NCBI GenBank assembly: GCA_049691175.1
Contig: JBAVNP010000113.1
Span: 1 to 44,602, forward strand
Direction of reading: 5' to 3'
Length of the DNA: 44,602 bases
Source of the DNA: Sedimentisphaerales bacterium
GTDB taxonomy: Bacteria > Planctomycetota > Phycisphaerae > Sedimentisphaerales > UBA12454
Part shown: piece after piece, positions 43,282-44,602 of the stretch
Position numbering within the stretch: position 1 is the stretch's first letter
Layout: every line of letters begins with the position of its first letter
Translations under genes and position numbers: made by a program
Notes under the pieces: generated by a model
Database searches by the model: none
The model's input: the letters and a program-made list of their open reading frames with translations, nothing else
Told to the model about the DNA's origin: nothing

Positions 43282-44292
43282 TCACTCTTTACTCGGCGGC
43301 TGGTTGCCGTCTGCCACCGGCACAAGCCTGAACTTCGCCTCCACAGGGTCGCCTTTGAGTCTGATTTTATCCTCGCGAACGTATTGCACGGGAAATCTAT
43401 AAATCAACTGCCGGCTCACCTCCGGCTTGCCTATATCGTCGTCCTGTATTTCAAGCAGAACATCGAACTGCTCTTCTTCATAAGCGGTTTTTGCCTCCTC
43501 GGTGGCAATGATGGGAATATTGCCGATTTCAGGCCTTTTGGTAAACTCCACTTTATACTGACCTGCGAGATTCGCGCTGAAAATAAAGCCCAGAGTGCCG
43601 CTGATTGTGTATTGCTTCATATTTTCCTGTGTTACAGGCAATTCAACCTTCACCGTAGTATCAGCGTATCTTGTTTCGCCGACGGAAAATTCGACATAAG
43701 GTTTTTTGTCGATGGTCCCGCCGCGAGCCTGCTTCTTCTCGGCCAGCGTTGCTATCTTTACCTTCACCTCGGTAACCTGTTCAGGCACAAGCATAACAAT
43801 AACGTCGGGCATTATGTGGGCGCCGGTTATTTCGCTGTCCGTTTCATCCACGCACTTTATCGGCAGCGTCTTTTCCTTCAGCTCCACCACTTTTATTCGC
43901 TGCAGTTTGTCCGGCCTTGCCCCCCTGACAGTCAGTCCGTATTCCTGAATCTTTTTGCTCTCCGCGACAAACTTTCTCAGGTCTGGCAAAGTGTATTCGC
44001 CCGCGGCGTTCATATTCTGCTGTTCCGCGTCGAACATAACCTCTAATTTTTCCTTGCCGCCTTCTATCTTTTTGGAAAGTTCGCGCACCTTTGCCACAGA
44101 CCCTCTCAGGTCGGCTTTTATCTGTATTTCCGGCTTGCCTTCCAGCGTAATCCACAGCTTGGGGTTTGCCTTGCTTGCTGTGATGGTTATCGTCTGATTA
44201 TCGAGGTTTTCGTCAAGGCTTAAATCCGCCCACACCCATATCAGGCAGGTTATAAATATCACAAGAACCGCTTTTTTGATTTTGCCAAACAT
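43282..44292 (-). CDS. membrane-anchored hypothetical protein (N-terminal TM helix plus repeated beta-rich domains; possibly YbbR-like)
   Basis: N-terminus KKAVLVIFITCLIWVWADLSL, then about 300 aa of alternating beta-strand-like segments. The YbbR-like assignment rests on weak pattern recognition only. The overlapping plus-strand ORF 43123..44046 has junk composition. Confidence 0.55.
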   Translation of the reverse strand: MFGKIKKAVLVIFITCLIWVWADLSLDENLDNQTITITASKANPKLWITLEGKPEIQIKADLRGSVAKVRELSKKIEGGKEKLEVMFDAEQQNMNAAGEYTLPDLRKFVAESKKIQEYGLTVRGARPDKLQRIKVVELKEKTLPIKCVDETDSEITGAHIMPDVIVMLVPEQVTEVKVKIATLAEKKQARGGTIDKKPYVEFSVGETRYADTTVKVELPVTQENMKQYTISGTLGFIFSANLAGQYKVEFTKRPEIGNIPIIATEEAKTAYEEEQFDVLLEIQDDDIGKPEVSRQLIYRFPVQYVREDKIRLKGDPVEAKFRLVPVADGNQPPSKE

Positions 44293-44345
44293 CTCAACTT
44301 AACTATATATAAAAACCCGTATTTGTAAAGAAATATTCCCCGTAT

Positions 44346-44444
44346 TTAGCCCCCAGTTTCACTGGGGGTTTTCGGTTCGTGGTTAGCCCCGCCAATACTT
44401 TGCCGGGGTCATTTAGCCGCCGCCGCTTGAGGCGGCGTTATTTT
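44346..44444 (+). other. cluster of three GC-rich hairpins, each preceded by TTAGCC
   Basis: Hairpin 1: CCCCCAG-TTTCA-CTGGGGG followed by TTTT (44350-44372). Hairpin 2: CCCCGCC...GCCGGGG, imperfect (44387-44408). Hairpin 3: CGCCGCC-GCTTGA-GGCGGCG followed by TTATTTT (44418-44444). The U-runs occur only in the plus orientation. Confidence 0.35.
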
Positions 44445-44602
44445 AAAATAAACGTTTCTGGCTTGTCTGAATAACAAATCCGTTTTTCCGCAGTATTTCA
44501 AGATATTCGTCTTTGCTGATACGCTGGAAATCCTTTATTTTGCTTTTTATTTCCGTATTCCAATAATCATCATAATCTAACATTTTCGGATTGAGGTCTT
44601 TT
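44443..44602 (-). CDS. 3' end of an ORF that may continue beyond the window; the C-terminus resembles a truncated HicA/YcfA-like segment
   Basis: Hand-translated: ...KDLNPKMLDYDDYWNTEIKSKIKDFQRISKDEYLEILRKNGFVIQTSQKRLF*. RISKDEYLEILRKNGFVI resembles the HicA pattern (SGKEhIKhLEKxGF), but the ORF stops before the expected GSH. There is an internal ATG at 44583. Confidence 0.3.
   Translation of the reverse strand, partial: KDLNPKMLDYDDYWNTEIKSKIKDFQRISKDEYLEILRKNGFVIQTSQKRLF

Noticed and set aside
43123-44046. 307-aa plus-strand ORF
   Set aside because: Its composition is junk-like (runs of R, C, H, F and L). It is antisense to a minus-strand ORF that has a clear TM anchor and normal composition.
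1-44602. Mobile elements, prophage, defence systems, tRNA/rRNA genes
   Set aside because: I recognised no transposase, integrase, recombinase, terminal inverted repeats, cas, restriction-modification or toxin-antitoxin pair. The only hint is a truncated HicA-like tail at the right edge. No tRNA-like T-arm (GGTTCGAATCC-type) sequence was seen in any intergenic region.

Overview
This is a 44.6-kb bacterial chromosomal segment. The protein families, the dockerin-like C-terminal tags, the many ECF modules and the frequent weak ribosome-binding sites suggest a PVC/Planctomycetota-like anaerobe, but that is a guess. I saw no rRNA, tRNA, CRISPR array, transposase or integrase. Contents from left to right: (1) An orphan parB with two parS sites in its own leader, followed by a secreted GH31 glycosidase. 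(2) A plus-strand run from 3.9 to 14.8 kb of five self-contained cassettes, each pairing a small regulator with membrane or secreted effectors: two paralogous ECF sigma/anti-sigma pairs; three tandem paralogous 4-TM proteins plus an XRE regulator; an SPFH protein plus an Arc-like repressor; and a YtrA-type GntR regulator with an ABC ATPase, a polytopic membrane protein and an extremely Met-rich secreted protein. (3) A housekeeping block: the pdaD-speB polyamine operon with an unannotated Cys/Lys-rich mini-ORF, dnaK behind a sigma-54-type promoter, mnmE, trkH behind a ydaO-class c-di-AMP riboswitch with an intrinsic terminator, and yidC behind a metallophosphoesterase. (4) Two divergent secreted proteins that share a dockerin-like C-terminal module. 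(5) An eight-gene, tightly coupled Wzx/Wzy-type exopolysaccharide operon (Wza, Wzc, ligase/polymerase-TPR, WecA-like, Wzx, polytopic membrane protein, GT4, GT2). (6) A ParA-family ATPase fused to a CBM48/AMPK-beta glycogen-binding domain, convergent with a 12-repeat beta-propeller protein, then a membrane-anchored protein and a cluster of three GC hairpins. The most unusual items are the ParA-CBM48 fusion (a possible cargo-positioning ATPase for polysaccharide granules), the regulator-effector cassette island with its shared promoter architecture, the unannotated riboswitch, the Met-rich protein, the mini-ORF after speB, and an in-frame TAG at codon 12 of the SPFH gene. All family assignments come from motif reading by eye; no searches were run.
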